From positions 31,620,001-31,684,000 of the forward strand of contig OX597839.1 in the NCBI GenBank assembly GCA_951406725.2: 64,000 nt of DNA, read 5' to 3'. How positions within the stretch are numbered: position 1 is the first letter of the stretch; every line of letters starts with the position of its first letter. Of this stretch, positions 1 through 12,750 are shown piece by piece. Origin of the DNA: Octopus vulgaris. Taxonomy: Eukaryota. Made by a program: the position numbers and the translations under genes. Below the pieces are notes generated by a model. It did not search any database. It worked only from the letters and a program-made list of their open reading frames with translations, and was not told the origin of the DNA.

Positions 1-960
1 TGGTTGGTATCAAGTTACCAGAATTAAACAACATGACTTATTGATAAAAGTACTGAACAATAACGGTCCTTTACACACTTGTAGCAGCCAACTATTTTCT
101 TGGGCCTCTAACTAGACAAGATTCTGATCAGCAAGAAGCAACAACAAAGGCACTGAAGAATTCTTTACATGACAACAGGCAGAACACAAAACATTCATAA
201 AAAAAACAGCAGCAACCGAGATACACCCTGTCCCCACCCCCATTGCCTAAAGCTATGAATACAGCAGAATAATGAAGAAACTAAACCATTCTGATGTATG
301 TAGTGCGTATATATCGAAGGTCAATGTAGTACAGCGATGGTGATGAAACTTAGATCAGTTTCCATTCATATTATTTTCCCTGAAGAGAACAACAATGTTA
401 TTTTCATGGCATTTACTATTTTCTTACATAACTTACGTAAATAGTTTTGTTCAATACACTTCAGCTATTTATTTTTTTTATTATTATCTTTTGCTTATTT
501 CTTATCTTGCTTAGATCTCCCACCGTCACTTCTTACTCAATCTTTTGTACACATTCATTATATATACATTCACTTACATATGGTAGCAGACGCACACAAA
601 CACTTATACACACACATGTATGTATATATATATATATATATGTATAAATATACGAGTGTGTCACATCTACACAAATGCACATATCTATGTAAATGATAAC
701 ACAGTATTAGCCTAAACGACCTGGCCATGTTGTGCAATCTGTGGACTATCAGTAAGCAAAACAACTGGTTTAATCTCAGCTGAATGAAAGACACAAAACA
801 AGGAGAAGAGAAGCAGTTCAGACATTTACCCAGAATCATAATTTGGAAAGAAGTGTAACATTTTGTCTGAGAGAGAATTATTGGTAAACAGAGGAGACCC
901 AGATGGATCGTGTGTGATGGAAGATGGTATTTTGACATAGCAAGAATTGAACATTTCAAT

Positions 961-1163
961 GCCAGACTTGTTTGGCACCTGTGCAGGTGGCACGTAAAAA
1001 GCACCCACTACGCTCATGGAGTGGTTGGCGTTAGGAAGGGCATCCAGCCGTAGAAACATTGCCAGATCAGACTGGGCCTGGTGCAGCCTTCTGGCTTCAC
1101 AGACCCCAGTTGCACCGTCCAACCCATGCCAGCATGGAAAGCGGACGCTAAACGATGATGATG
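961..1163 (+). mobile_element. SINE-like family B (GGCACGTAAAAAGCACC core, GGAAGGGCATCCAGCCGT motif, (ATG)n tail), 5'-truncated
   Basis: Near-identical to copies at 19905, 25032 and 43572; ends CCAACCCATGCCAGCATGGAAAGCGGACGCTAAACGATGATG. Confidence 0.9.
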
Positions 1164-1530
1164 AATGGTAATTGGGAAAGGAGACAGTAGTGTGAAGGGA
1201 CCAACACAGCAGTGCGGAGGGACCAACACTTCATAATTCCTCTGCCTCCCCTCCACATGTCATCCCTCCCTCATTCATCAAGATCCACATTAACCACTTT
1301 ACTGGATCACTTCAAGCTTGAAGTGCTGTCCCCAAAAGTCCTTTCCTTGTCAAACCACATCACCCTCCTCATGAATATCAGATGACTTGTAATGGCTATC
1401 ACAGCACACACACACACACAAAATAAAAAAGTATTACTTGCAAATCATTAAAATTTCATTTACAAAATCTGGGCTTCCAAATGAAATAAAAAGATAACTG
1501 ATGTTTTTCCTTTCACGGGAATTCTAAATT

Positions 1531-1762
1531 TTTTAATTTTTTAATTTTTTTTTATTGCCCACAGGGGGCTAAAACATAGACGGGACAAACAAAGGGATTA
1601 AGTCGATTGCATCGACCCCAGTGCGTAACTTGTACTTATTTAATCGACCCCGAAAGGATGAAAGGCAAAGTCAACCTCGGCAGAATTTGAACTCAGAACA
1701 TAGCGGCAGATGATATACGGCTATGCATTTTGCCTGGCGTGCTAACGTTTCTGCCAGGTCAC
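1531..1762 (-). mobile_element. SINE family C (degenerate tRNA-like head, GCCTTTCATCCTTTCGGGGTCGAT central domain resembling Meta/MESC), near full length
   Basis: Flanked by the direct repeat CGGGAATTCTAAATT (1516-1530, 1763-1777); A-rich tail; many other copies in the window. Confidence 0.9.
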
Positions 1763-1976
1763 CGGGAATTCTAAATTGAAACAAAGAAGCAGAGCAGCTT
1801 GGTCTGACAATGGTGTGAATGGCAGGTTTGAAATTTTACACCCAAAAGAAGAGGGTTTTTTTTTTACAGCAAAAATCTGAGACAGTTATGACTATAAACT
1901 AAAACCATGTCATTGTAACATATCAGAATTATGGTAGTGTAATCCAAGAGGAATAATAATAAATGTTACTATAAGA

Positions 1977-2297
1977 AGGCACGTGGCTTAGTGGTCAGGG
2001 TGTTCAGCTCATGATTGCAAGGTCATAAGTTCAATTCCTGACAGCATGTTGCGTCCTTGAGCAAGACACTTTATTTCACGTTGCTCCAGTCCACTCAGCT
2101 GGCAAAATTGAGTTGTACCTGTATTTCAAAGGGGCCAGCCTTGTCCCACTTTGTGTCACACTGAATCTCTCTGAGAACTATGTTAAGGGTACATGTGTCT
2201 GTGGAGTGCTCAGCCACATGTTCATTTCACAAGCAGGCTGTTTTATTGATCAGAACAACAGGAACCCTCGTCATGGCAACCAATGGAGGGCCAACAT
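1977..2297 (+). mobile_element. SINE family D (tRNA head, CCTTGAGCAAGACACTT CORE-like domain)
   Basis: A-box-like TGGCTTAGTGG and B-box-like GTTCAATTCC; related copy at 8798. Confidence 0.8.
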
Positions 2298-2964
2298 AGT
2301 ACAAATGTTATTGTTGTCGTAGAATAAATCAAAGGAAACCTCTGCAGATTTAAATGTGTCATCAATTCTATTCATATGGAACTGGATTTTCAAATTATTC
2401 TGCGATCAAAACAGCAAAACTAACAAGAAACTAGATATGAAAACTTACATAAAAACAAAAGAAAAAAATAGATATGTGGCTGGTTTTTAAATATTACCAG
2501 AAAACATTCATATATTTTTAATTAAAAGCACAGGACAACTATCTTAATGAAACCAAAAGCTGAAAGTAATATTTTTAAAATTAGAAAATAAAATGTCCTT
2601 CGAGTTATTTGGGAAACCTAATTATTTCAAAATTATTTATGACTTCAGCCAATAAATCTTGGTTGAATAATTTGAAACTTTAAATGCAAATTCACAGAAA
2701 TAGTTTGAGAATTTTTTTTTTTTAAGCTGGAGTGCTTTTAATCTTAGGGCTAAACAGTAGCAGTACCCCCTAAAGGATGATCTCAACTAACAAGCCAACT
2801 GATAAGTAATATCCTAGAAAACTTGACCAGCTCATAATTTAGGTCCTTCTCCAAGAGACCCTGTTTCCAGGGAGCTCTACTAAAGAGGGACCTCAAATGA
2901 TCACTCATTCATCTAAAGTCAGATGAATTTACAGTTCACTTCTGGTCATTTTTCGCTCAACAAC

Positions 2965-3410
2965 CAAAGGAACTGCAGTATAGTCACTCAACATGCTAGA
3001 AATAGCAACCAAATTTGCCTCCAGTCACATCTTAACATCCTAACCCCTTAACTGCAAAATAAAATTTCATGGTTATTTCAGTAATGATGTTAAATATTTA
3101 CCAAAAACTAGAATTGCTATTTCCTGCAAATCCCTTTGCCTCAGTAAACTTGACATATCTCAGCTAAAGATAGTTTCAAACGTGACATTCTCCAATAAAA
3201 GACAGATTGGTTTATAAAACTGCTTCCCACAGTTAAGGGCAATGAAAAGTTGAGTGGATTTATCTGATTTCTGTGGTAAAATGGTCCCAAAAAATGACAT
3301 AGGGAACTGTAGATTAAGGCACATTAAATCTGAATGTAAGATGGCTTAGTCACAACTGGAATGTCTTTGATCATAGTTCCACTCAGTGTCAGTGTAGACT
3401 TAGTGTTAAA
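2965..3410 (+). repeat. Interspersed repeat family E, interrupted by a MITE at 3044-3240
   Basis: TGCTAGAAATAGCA...CTTTGATCATAG...TAAACA motifs shared with 23700, 60126, 61275 and 62890. Confidence 0.65.
3044..3240. mobile_element. piggyBac-like MITE
   Basis: Terminal inverted repeats CCCTTAACTG (3045-3054) and CAGTTAAGGG (3230-3239); splits a family E copy. Confidence 0.5.
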
Positions 3411-4094
3411 CACAATATGCTGTTTGCTCTGTAACTATTATAATTCCTTAAGGGATTAGAATGTCTTAACTGCAATTTTTTTATGATAGAATGCAAACTA
3501 AAACCCACTCATTTCCAAAGTCAATTAATATTAATTTAAATTGTGATATTCAAATCCCAATTTATTATTCAATAGCTGCTAATAGGACATGCTTTTAAAA
3601 TGCTTCGGTTTAATAAGTTTATAGAATTCGAAATAAAAATTCATGAAATAAAGAACTTTTATTAACACAGCAAACACAAGAGGTGGAATTCTCTATGCAA
3701 ATTACACCAATTACACTGGTTCATGCTGGAGATGAAATGAAGTCAATATTACAGGAATTTCTTCTGTTTCCCAATGAAGTGATAAATATTTTATTCGGTT
3801 AGAAAATAATATTCTTTCTCCTCCCTCACTCTCAACCCCCCCCCCACTTTTCTATTCCTTAATTTACCATTCCTCTCTTTCATTTCTTTCTCCTATTCTT
3901 GCTTCCCCACTCACTCATTCCCTTTTTATTGATAAATTCCCCTCTTTCGCTCTTTCTTCTGCCTTCATCATTACACCATACTCTCTCTCTCTCTCTCTTC
4001 TACATATTTTCATACACTGCACACATTCTCCCTATTAGTCTCACACGCACACATGCAATCATTAGCTTATTTAATATCTGAAACTATGCATTAC

Positions 4095-4243
4095 TTTCCT
4101 GAAGCTGCTATCACTATATTTATAGATCCATCAATGTTATTGTTATGATTATGATTACTATTATTACTATTATTATTATTATTATAGTAACAGGCGACTA
4201 GCATTACTAACATGCTAAACATTAAATTGTTAGTACAATGCAT
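4095..4243 (-). CDS. Weak candidate signal-peptide-like first exon (MHCTNNLMFSMLVMLVACYY-polyN-IDGSINIVIAASG)
   Basis: Hydrophobic N-terminal stretch, in-frame AAT repeat, AA|gtaatg donor (phase 2). Confidence 0.15.
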
Positions 4244-5404
4244 TTTGCTTTGCAAGAAGGCGGAGAGAAGTCCATGATCTTTGCACGCCCTCTCAGACAA
4301 CCTGCTATTACTACTAATAAGCACACAAGACACCAGCTACTACTGATACATATATTAATACAGCAACACTAACATACTGAAGAGGGAGGCTGCCTTTTAT
4401 CAATATCAGGACTCTGCTAAACAAGCTGTTATTATCAATACTGATGAAATAACCCATTGTCTACAGAAATACACCAAAACAAGATGTGACCCACAGTCTG
4501 CATTTAGATAACAAAACACATCGAATATATTTAAATTTTGATACTAAACTTGAAGGTTATTTCTTTTTAAGGATTCAGGATTGGTTAAGTTTTGCTCAAT
4601 ATTTCATTAAAACTGCTGTGATTCAAAAATGAATACAAAAAAATTGTTATTATTTTCTTTACAATCATCATCATCATCATCTAATGTCTGTTTTCCATGC
4701 TGGCATAGGCTGGACAATTTCATGCACACTATTCAGACCCTTCCAAGATCAATTTTGTCTCTCATCCTTGCAGAGTCAATAAAATAAGGTACCAGTCATT
4801 TAGTGAGGTCTGATGGCATTGACAGCACCGGTGACTGATTCTGTGTCCAGAACCAAGACAAAATTTTTAAAGAAAAATAGCGGATTGAGAGGGAGAGTTA
4901 TTAGGAGATCACAAGAAATAGTTTGTGGTATTTACTTTGACTCTTTACAATCAGAGATCAAATTGTGTTGAAGTCAAATTTGCCAGAGACAAGTATTGAT
5001 ATATTTTGTGGCAAACTCACACAACCTGTGCAAGCATGAAGAAACACACAACAGAACATCACTGCTGCTGTTGCTGCTGTTGCTGCTGTTGATGATGATG
5101 ATGGTGATGATGAACTTTTTATTGTAATTATAAGAGAAAGTTATGGGTGACTAAGTTGACAAAAATGTTGATCTATCAATTGAGATGGTGATGGTTTTTT
5201 TTGTCTTCTCTCCAACCATTTTGTTGCAGCTTTGGAGAAAGAAAATTAATAAATGAAATAAAACTTACAAGCTCAGTTTATCAAATTGTAAGAAAAAAAT
5301 ATCAGCAAACGGAAGCAGCTCCCTGCTTTGAGAGAACTTTATATTAAATTATTGTTTTGCTAGCTTACAGTGCTAATTTAAGTCACCAATGGGTGACCCT
5401 ATCT

Positions 5405-5441
<37 letters not shown>

Positions 5442-5984
5442 TTGTAGCAGACCAATTCTACCAACAGCAAACCAAAGTGTACAAGCTATGAATAAGTAAT
5501 GAGGAATAAATGCCAGTGAAGATATTTTGTAAATAAAATCTTATAAACTCAATGACGTTAATTAATTGTGACAAAGCAGCTTTTCAAAGCAGATATTAAT
5601 AAAACCAGTCTCTTACATGTCGAAAATATTCTACTTTGAAAACATTCAGGCAAAAATCTTATTTCTTCTCACACAGCCTTATTATTTGCTTACATTACGT
5701 TTTTGTTGTCATTTTATTGTTGTTATTATTATTATTATTATTATATAAAAAAACCTCTCAGTTTATTTTGCTGAGTATGATGGAAAGCCTGCAGACTAAG
5801 GTGACATTTGTTTACTGGTCATGCTCCAAGAATCCTGTGAAGAATTCTTAGAGATCCAAGCAATGCTGATATTAGTCATTTGGGCAGAGAATAACTGCTT
5901 CAGTGGCTGGAAACATGTTGAAGTACATTAAGCATTTGAGAAAAAGTCTTAGGTGTGTCTTGCAATAAATACATCGAAAGCAAA

Positions 5985-6100
5985 ATATTTTCATCGGACC
6001 CTAAAATCTTACTGTAAGTCCCCAATTTACTATTGTGCTTGTGTGGATCCTCAAACATTTTATACCCCTTCCAACAGGTCATACGGAACCCAGTTGAGGG
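5985..6100. mobile_element. hAT-like MITE end fragment
   Basis: Homologous to 36310-36430 (CCCTAAAAT...CCAATTTACTATT...GTTGAG). The superfamily is an inference. Confidence 0.45.
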
Positions 6101-7306
6101 TGTGTTGTGTGAATTCCATAATATTAATGAGTAGCCATTGCATAGGCTAAATACTATGTATAGACGGTGCATGGTTTCAGTTGTGCAACTGAACTGAAAG
6201 TCTGAACTGCAAAGGCTGCTGTTTGAAACTGTCTGCAGCAGTGTGGACCTTTCTAATATTTTCCTCAATGTTTTCTTTGGAATTTTGCTTTATCATATCC
6301 AGCGTTCCAAGTAATTGTACCATCTTCACTTGTATATTCCATGCCCTGTTTTTTTACTATCTCTGGAGCTTTTGAGTTTCTTCCCCACCTTCCATTTGGA
6401 AATTTGGGCCAGAAGGGATTAAGATGTTACCTTGCTTTAGGCCCTTCAGCTCCTTGATGGAGTTGTATGAGCTCTGTCATGATATCCAGTGTGGCTGGGG
6501 TATTTTCAAACCTGGCAGAGCCCATCCCTTTCCTGGTTTGATCACAGATGCTTTCTTTGAGAAAAACAGACAGAAAGAAAGAGAAATCAACCCCAGTACA
6601 GAACTGGTATTTTATTGATTCAGGAAAGACAAAAGGTAAGTTTGTCTTCAAAAGGCTATGAACCCAGAGCAGATTGGAGATGTTACGAGGCTGGGGAGAA
6701 TTTTCATTCCTATCCTTGATAACCATATCTGCACAGCCTACCTTGGTCGTCTTGTTAGTGTGGACAGGTGTGTCTCAGACACTAGTGACCAGGTCATAGA
6801 CAGGTACCATGTTTGCTGCATGTTTATATATCATTGCTTTATTTGTTTTCACATTGAAGCATTGGCATTTTGCCCACTGGACACATCTGGCCAAATCAAT
6901 CATGTCTTTGAATACATTCAAACTTGGCAAGGACAGGTCAGTTGGAAGTGATGTGGTCAACTGTCTTTTTACATTACTAACATTAAGTCTCTATGTGATG
7001 TTAGTAACATTTTAATGCTTTTTTTTTTTATATACTTTTATAATTATTAATTGCATTGACCAACTGAAACCAAACTGTCTCTTTCTGTTTCTAACCCAAA
7101 CCTTTGAGCCAGGCTTTTACTCTGACCCCTCTCTCTTAAGTCTTGTGCAATTATTCTTTATGGAAACTTTCAGAGTGTCTTCATCCTAACAGTTTCCTTC
7201 ACTGTAATTAGTTTCCAATTTCTATTTGGTTTAGAATGAGAAAAGTTTTTTTCTGTCTTCTTCATATCCCAATTATTATTACTACTATTATTATTATTAT
7301 TATTAC

Positions 7307-7342
<36 letters not shown>

Positions 7343-7359
7343 CATCATCATCATAATCA

Positions 7360-7465
7360 CGTGAGAGAGCAGCACATGCCATCAAAGTGATGCTGGGGTG
7401 CAAATATATGAAGCCCAATGTAACCATCTTGACTACCCATCTGATAAGGGTACACCAGGCACAAC
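7360..7465 (-). repeat. Repeat family F fragment adjoining a (TTA)n array
   Basis: CATGCCATCAAAGTG...GGGG...CAAATATA shared with 26970-27030; both abut (TTA)n. Confidence 0.6.
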
Positions 7466-7655
7466 TACTTATTCAGTTGAACTCTAAACTACCATACCAT
7501 TGTGTGAGCATAAAACCATGAAAGGTGAGGATTATGTTGGAGATAATCTGAGTAGGTTTGAAGACCATGAAAATGTGGCATACAAAGAAGACCCTGCAAA
7601 ACAAAATATCAAAAGTTTACAATGGTTTAGTCTGTCAGACTGGATGTAAGTTTAA

Positions 7656-8052
7656 CCCTTAAATGATCCTTATTTATTCACACTGTTTTGAATTAATCCT
7701 GCATTATCTCATAGCTGTAAGAGCATTTATTTTTTAGAATGATATTGAGGCATCCATGCCAGACACACATAAAAGGCATCCATGCCTGTGACACATTAAA
7801 AGCACCCAGTGCACTCTGGAAAGTGGCTGGCATTAGGGACGGCCTCCAGCCATAGAATCCAAGCCACAACAGACGACTGGATCCTGGTGCCACACTTTGG
7901 CCTGCCAGTCCCAGTCAAATTGTCTAACCCCTGCCAGCATGGAGAATGGACCTTAAATGACGATGATGATGTGAAAGGCCAGATCAGATCAGTTCAAACA
8001 TAGAACGGGTAGAATACTTGGGCCAGATATGGTCGGGTTAAGTGCTAAAGGG
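7656..8052. mobile_element. piggyBac-like MITE with a nested family B copy
   Basis: TTAA-CCCTT ... AAGGG-TTAA ends (TTAA at 7652-7655 and 8053-8056). Confidence 0.7.
7750..7970 (+). mobile_element. Family B, diverged
   Basis: AAAAGCACCCAG...GTGGCTGGCATTAGG...CCAGCATGGAG...GATGATGAT. Confidence 0.8.
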
Positions 8053-8582
8053 TTAACAGGAAAAGCTGAAGGTTTTATAATCCTGAGCCAACATGCTTAG
8101 GCAATGGTAATGAAATACTTTTGGCTTTGGGAAATTAACTGACATTCGGTCTATTACGATTCTGCTTCTTAATAAAACCAACAGGAGTTCATGTTATTAA
8201 ATTGATAAACATTCATGATATACGACTTACAAACCCACCCAACCCATTCCATCCATGCCAACATGGCAGAAATGGACATAAAACTGTGACATTGTGACTT
8301 TAATGATTATGCAATGGTGATGGAATATTTCTTGTAAATATAAAATTTGGCACCTTAAACAGTTTTTAAAATGAAAATCCAAAAAAAGAAAAGAAAGAAA
8401 TCTATAAACTATTTAAATACAATACAATTAAAGTTTTTATTTGTGTACAATATTGACTTTCTTAATTAACAATTTGTTCCCCCCCCCCCCCTCGTCCCAT
8501 TGCACTTTTCCATGTTGATAGGCATTTTACCAATAACAAACACCCATAAATGATTACAGGCAGACATTCATTATCTTAGTCA

Positions 8583-8636
<54 letters not shown>

Positions 8637-8742
8637 GTATAGAAATTCTACCACAGGGTCATATGGGGGTTGAGTAGACCAACTAAACCTTTCAAGGTAG
8701 TCCTCCAGTATGGCTGCAATCCAAAGACTAAAACTAGTAAAA

Positions 8743-8797
<55 letters not shown>

Positions 8798-9073
8798 AAG
8801 GTGTGTGGCCTAGTGGTTAGGTATGCTGCACTCACAATCAAGAGATCATGGTTTCTATCCCAAGACTGGCTGTGCATTGAGTTCTTGAGCAAAACACTTC
8901 ATTTCACATTGCTCCAGCTGTAAATGAGCAACCCTGCTATAGACCAGCCTTCTGATCAAGGAGAATGTCAGCCTGCTTGAGAGGCCAGTGGGGTGGCATT
9001 GCTTGAAAGCTAAAAGGATGCATTGTGACCAGTGATGTATAACAATGTCCAATAGTCTGGCTGATTATGTGAT
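8798..9073 (+). mobile_element. SINE family D inserted in (TA)n
   Basis: TGGCCTAGTGGTTAG head, TTGAGCAAAACACTTCATTTCAC core; TA arrays on both sides. Confidence 0.75.
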
Positions 9074-9258
9074 ATATATATATATATATATATATATGTT
9101 AAATCAATTCCACCAAAAATGAGCACCAGCTAAATGTTAACACAACCTTTTCTCCCCCCTAGTTATATATAAAATCATCATCATCATGTATATATATTTA
9201 TAGCTGAAATTGACTGTAGCAACACATTAGTATAAGTAACATATATATATGCACATAC

Positions 9259-9290
<32 letters not shown>

Positions 9291-9317
9291 GCACATATAT
9301 ATATATATATACAGATA

Positions 9318-9440
9318 CAGGTGTAGATGGGTGGTTAAAAATCTTGCTTCTCAACCATGTGGCCTCAGATTCAGTCCCATTCTACTATAACTTCAGACTG
9401 ACCAAAGCCCTGTGAGTGGATTTGGTAGATGGAAATTGGT
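9318..9440 (+). mobile_element. SINE family A, 5' half
   Basis: TTCAGTCCCA...GTGAGTGGATTTGGTAGATGGAAA. Confidence 0.75.
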
Positions 9441-9475
9441 AAAAATCTACTTTGTGAGCATGTGTGTGTGCACAC

Positions 9476-9524
<49 letters not shown>

Positions 9525-10339
9525 TACATATTTTGATAGCAACTTCTCCCAAATTTAATTTTCCTCACTCAAAATCCTAAAGAAAACAGTGGTGGTGATG
9601 GTCGTGGTGGTAAGCGGAGAATAATCACTAAATGACTATGAAGTTACTGCAGTGGTAGTCTAAAAGGTTATAAAACATTATTATTATTATTATTAGACTA
9701 CTAAACAATTGTTTATGAAACTAATAAAGATTATTATAAAATTTATTCTCCATCTTTATAGACCTTCACACACTGACACAGAGGGACGCCCAAACAGACA
9801 TACAACCAGATGTATACATGCTTACATAATTTGATTTATTTCAAATAACTTTGAAAATATATAACTACATGAAACTGTTTGTTTTCACATTTTTTCTCCT
9901 TGTTTTCTTTATATTTATTCATGTCAAATTAACCTCAAAAATCTTACTAAACGAAGCATGTTTCAATACTTATCACATACTACTCTGCACTTTGCAGTCG
10001 ACTGGAATCTTTATCTCCTGGTAAAGGATATTAGTCTATAGTGTTCTGTGTGTTATCTTCTACAGCTACTAAATCAATTTTCCCTTCACTGCCACATAAA
10101 GAGAAACACATGCACAAACGCACACACATGCATGCACATGTAGACACATGCACATGTAGACACATGCACAAACACACACACTCTCTCTCTCAGAAACATT
10201 CGCAATACAAGTCAATTTCTCTAAAAACTAGTATTTAAGCTTATATTTTATTACTTTCCATAAATTTATAAATATAAACGTAGCTATCACAACGAAAAAA
10301 TATCCGTATAAAGGAGAGGAAGGCTAGGTGAGGGAGGAA

Positions 10340-10374
<35 letters not shown>

Positions 10375-10974
10375 AATATGCATATAAGTATTTATTACAT
10401 TTATATATATATTTATACATGCACATTTGAACATATATTTACATGTGTGTGTGTTTGTGTGTATACATACCATATATGAATATGACCAATAAAGTTGATA
10501 GAGAGAGAGAGAGAAAGAGAGAGAAAATGGTATCAGGAGAGAGAGAGAGAGAGAGGGAAAGAGAGAGTGAGAGAGATTCTCATTCCTAATGAAGCATGTT
10601 TGTGTTGTAGATGTAAAATATGACAAGTAATTTATGAGTTGGTTCCTGACATAAACTGAAATGGTTGTGTATGGGTTGGGTCAGGTTGGGTCGGGTGTGG
10701 CGTTGGCCTTTACTGAAATAAATCCATTAAACAAGACAGACAATTTTAACTTCTGACAGTTCCAGATTACCATCTCTTGCCTTTATGAAAATGAAGTTAG
10801 TACTAAAAGGGGGCTGGCGGTAGAGACAAAATGAATCTGGAAAGTCAGTTGGGCATATATCCATGTCTTTTATTAGCACAAGGTTTCGAATGATTGATGG
10901 AATTATTCCATAACTTTTAAGGTTAGTGAGGCACTCCAGAAGAAATTTCTTCTCCATGTAGATGCCATACTCAT

Positions 10975-11288
10975 TTTGGTGTCACACCCATGCTTGTGCC
11001 ACACCCATGCTGTTGCCACATTAAAATCAGCAGGGCTGGTGTCGTGTAAAAAGCATCTGTGCTGGTGCCACATAAGAAGCACCTATACAGGTGCCACATA
11101 TAAAGCAGTGGTGCTGGTGCCATGTAGAAAACACCTGTGTAAAGGTGTTGGCATTAGAAAGAGCATCCAGCCATAGGAACCATGCCAAAACAGACAATTG
11201 GAACCTGGTGCAGCTCTCCAGCCATGCCAGCTCCTGTCAAACCATCCAACTCATGTCAGTATGGAAATGGATGTTAAATGATGATGTT
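10975..11288 (+). mobile_element. Family B with about 26-bp tandem units in its 5' part
   Basis: Repeated TGGTGCCAYRTAAAAAGCAC-like units followed by the B 3' end. Confidence 0.8.
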
Positions 11289-11587
11289 GTTGTTTGTAGG
11301 GTTGGGGGTTCCAGAATAATGGGATTTTAGCCGACTGTTAACTAACAAGGGAGCCTCCTCTACAAGAAGGTGAACCAGTTGGCATAAGTCTGCTATTTTT
11401 AAGGAACCCTCTCTTGCTGGTTTGAAGCAATGGGAGGACTCTTTGATAAAGAATAATCTTGTTTCCCTAAAATATTCTGGTTCTTTGATTCTATTCTGTT
11501 ATTCTAAGACCATCATTTATACTATGTGTACATGTATATACCTTTACACTTTGGTTACCTCTTACACATACCTATACACTCTATGTT

Positions 11588-11645
11588 CATTAACATCTTA
11601 ACCCACTCATAACCAAACGGTGTGTATTTGCACAGAAATGGATGT

Positions 11646-11700
<55 letters not shown>

Positions 11701-11760
11701 CACACATGTTAATGTCTTTTGTTTAGAAAAATCTGAATTCAAACAAAGAGATAAAACCAA
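11588..11760. repeat. Local templated duplicate of 13331-13442 (inverted part + (CA)n + direct part)
   Basis: 11588-11653 matches the reverse complement of 13331-13396 (61/66 by eye); 11706-11760 matches 13388-13442 (54/55). Confidence 0.9.
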
Positions 11761-11885
11761 ATCCTTTCACAGGCTTTGATTGACCAGAGGCTGTAGTAGA
11801 AGATACTTGCCCAAGGTGCCATGCAGTGGGACTGAACCCAGAACCATGTGGCTGGGAAGCAAACTTCTTACCATACGGCCCCAGC
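11756..11885 (-). mobile_element. SINE family A, 5' half
   Basis: GTAGAAGATACTTGCCCAAGGTGCCATGCAGTGGGACTGAACCC. Confidence 0.85.
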
Positions 11886-12401
11886 TCTTCATGGATTTCC
11901 TTTTAAATGGATAATAAAATGATGTATCGGAAAGCAGACCAGGAACATATCTCCATGGTGCTATTCACAATGGAAGATAAGTATTGTTCCCATTAGATTT
12001 TCCCAAAACAACTGATCTTTCAAACCCCTTTTCGATGAGATGGGAGAAAATTCAATTGACTACTATTTATCAAACAAGGTACTTTATTGTTGAAAGATGA
12101 AAGACGAAAATCATGAGGTTCTGACAGGGATTTTAATGTAGAATCAGAAGGCAAAAGGCAGATATTTTGCTCCTATTTTCCTTGTTTTCTAAAGTTCAAC
12201 AAATGGATACCTTTATTAACGAGGTATTTATTTCCAATTTAATGAGAGGGCAAACTGGAAGTTACAAGTTTCATGCCCTTCAAAAAGAAATTGGGGAGGT
12301 AAGAAATTCAGTTCCAAACAGGAATCTAAATTGAGGTTTAGCTTGAGGTCTCTAAATATTTACTGTTGTAACACGGTTTTTAAAAAATCATTATTTCCCA
12401 C

Positions 12402-12524
12402 CTTGCACATAAAAGTGAAATACGTGGTTTTACGCTGACTTGTTGTGACTCCGTTGACCTTGCCAAGTTTATGTGTGTCGAACACCTCAAAGTCTGAGCT
12501 TTGGCCGGGTTTTATTGCAGGCAT
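12402..12524 (-). CDS. Candidate alternative first coding exon: MPAIKPGQSSDFEVFDTHKLGKVNGVTTSQRKTTYFTFMCK, phase-0 donor
   Basis: ATG preceded by in-frame TAA, 41 open codons ending AAG|gtggga. Unique, locally CpG-rich sequence with upstream pyrimidine tract and (CAG)14 in the putative 5'UTR. No homologue recognised. Confidence 0.4.
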
Positions 12525-12707
12525 TTACATCAAAGTTCCTCAAAAGGATGAAAGGGACAAGAGGAATAAAAACAAAGGGAGAGAAAACTAAAAAGAAAAG
12601 GGGAAACGATAGAAATACGGCTCTAGCGATGCCTGACTGGGAGTGACAAAATACCAAATATGTCAAAAGGTAAAAATAAAAAGCAGAGAATGAAAAGAAA
12701 GTCCATA

Positions 12708-12749
<42 letters not shown>
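12708..12749. repeat. (GCT)14 / (CAG)14 trinucleotide repeat
   Basis: Read directly from the sequence. Confidence 0.95.

Positions 12750-12750
<1 letters not shown>

Noticed and set aside
826-960. Minus-strand exon candidate ending GG|gtaaat
   Set aside because: No acceptor (abuts a family B copy); looks more like a decayed CR1-type LINE tail.
1977-2050. tRNA-like sequences here and at SINE A heads
   Set aside because: SINE heads with A and B boxes but no complete cloverleaf; not tRNA genes.
6130-6420. Possible RLE-type LINE C-terminus on the minus strand (LLGTLDMIK)
   Set aside because: Resemblance to VGALGMI is too weak to support a call.
9990-10030. Plus-strand micro-exon candidates (also near 57983-58001)
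   Set aside because: AG...GT pairs 19-23 nt apart are expected by chance, and there is no supporting plus-strand gene.
10727-10957. ORF with YRQPP (Penelope-like) and, in another frame, SSGVP (CR1 RT-like)
   Set aside because: Two conflicting short resemblances; cannot be assigned without a search.
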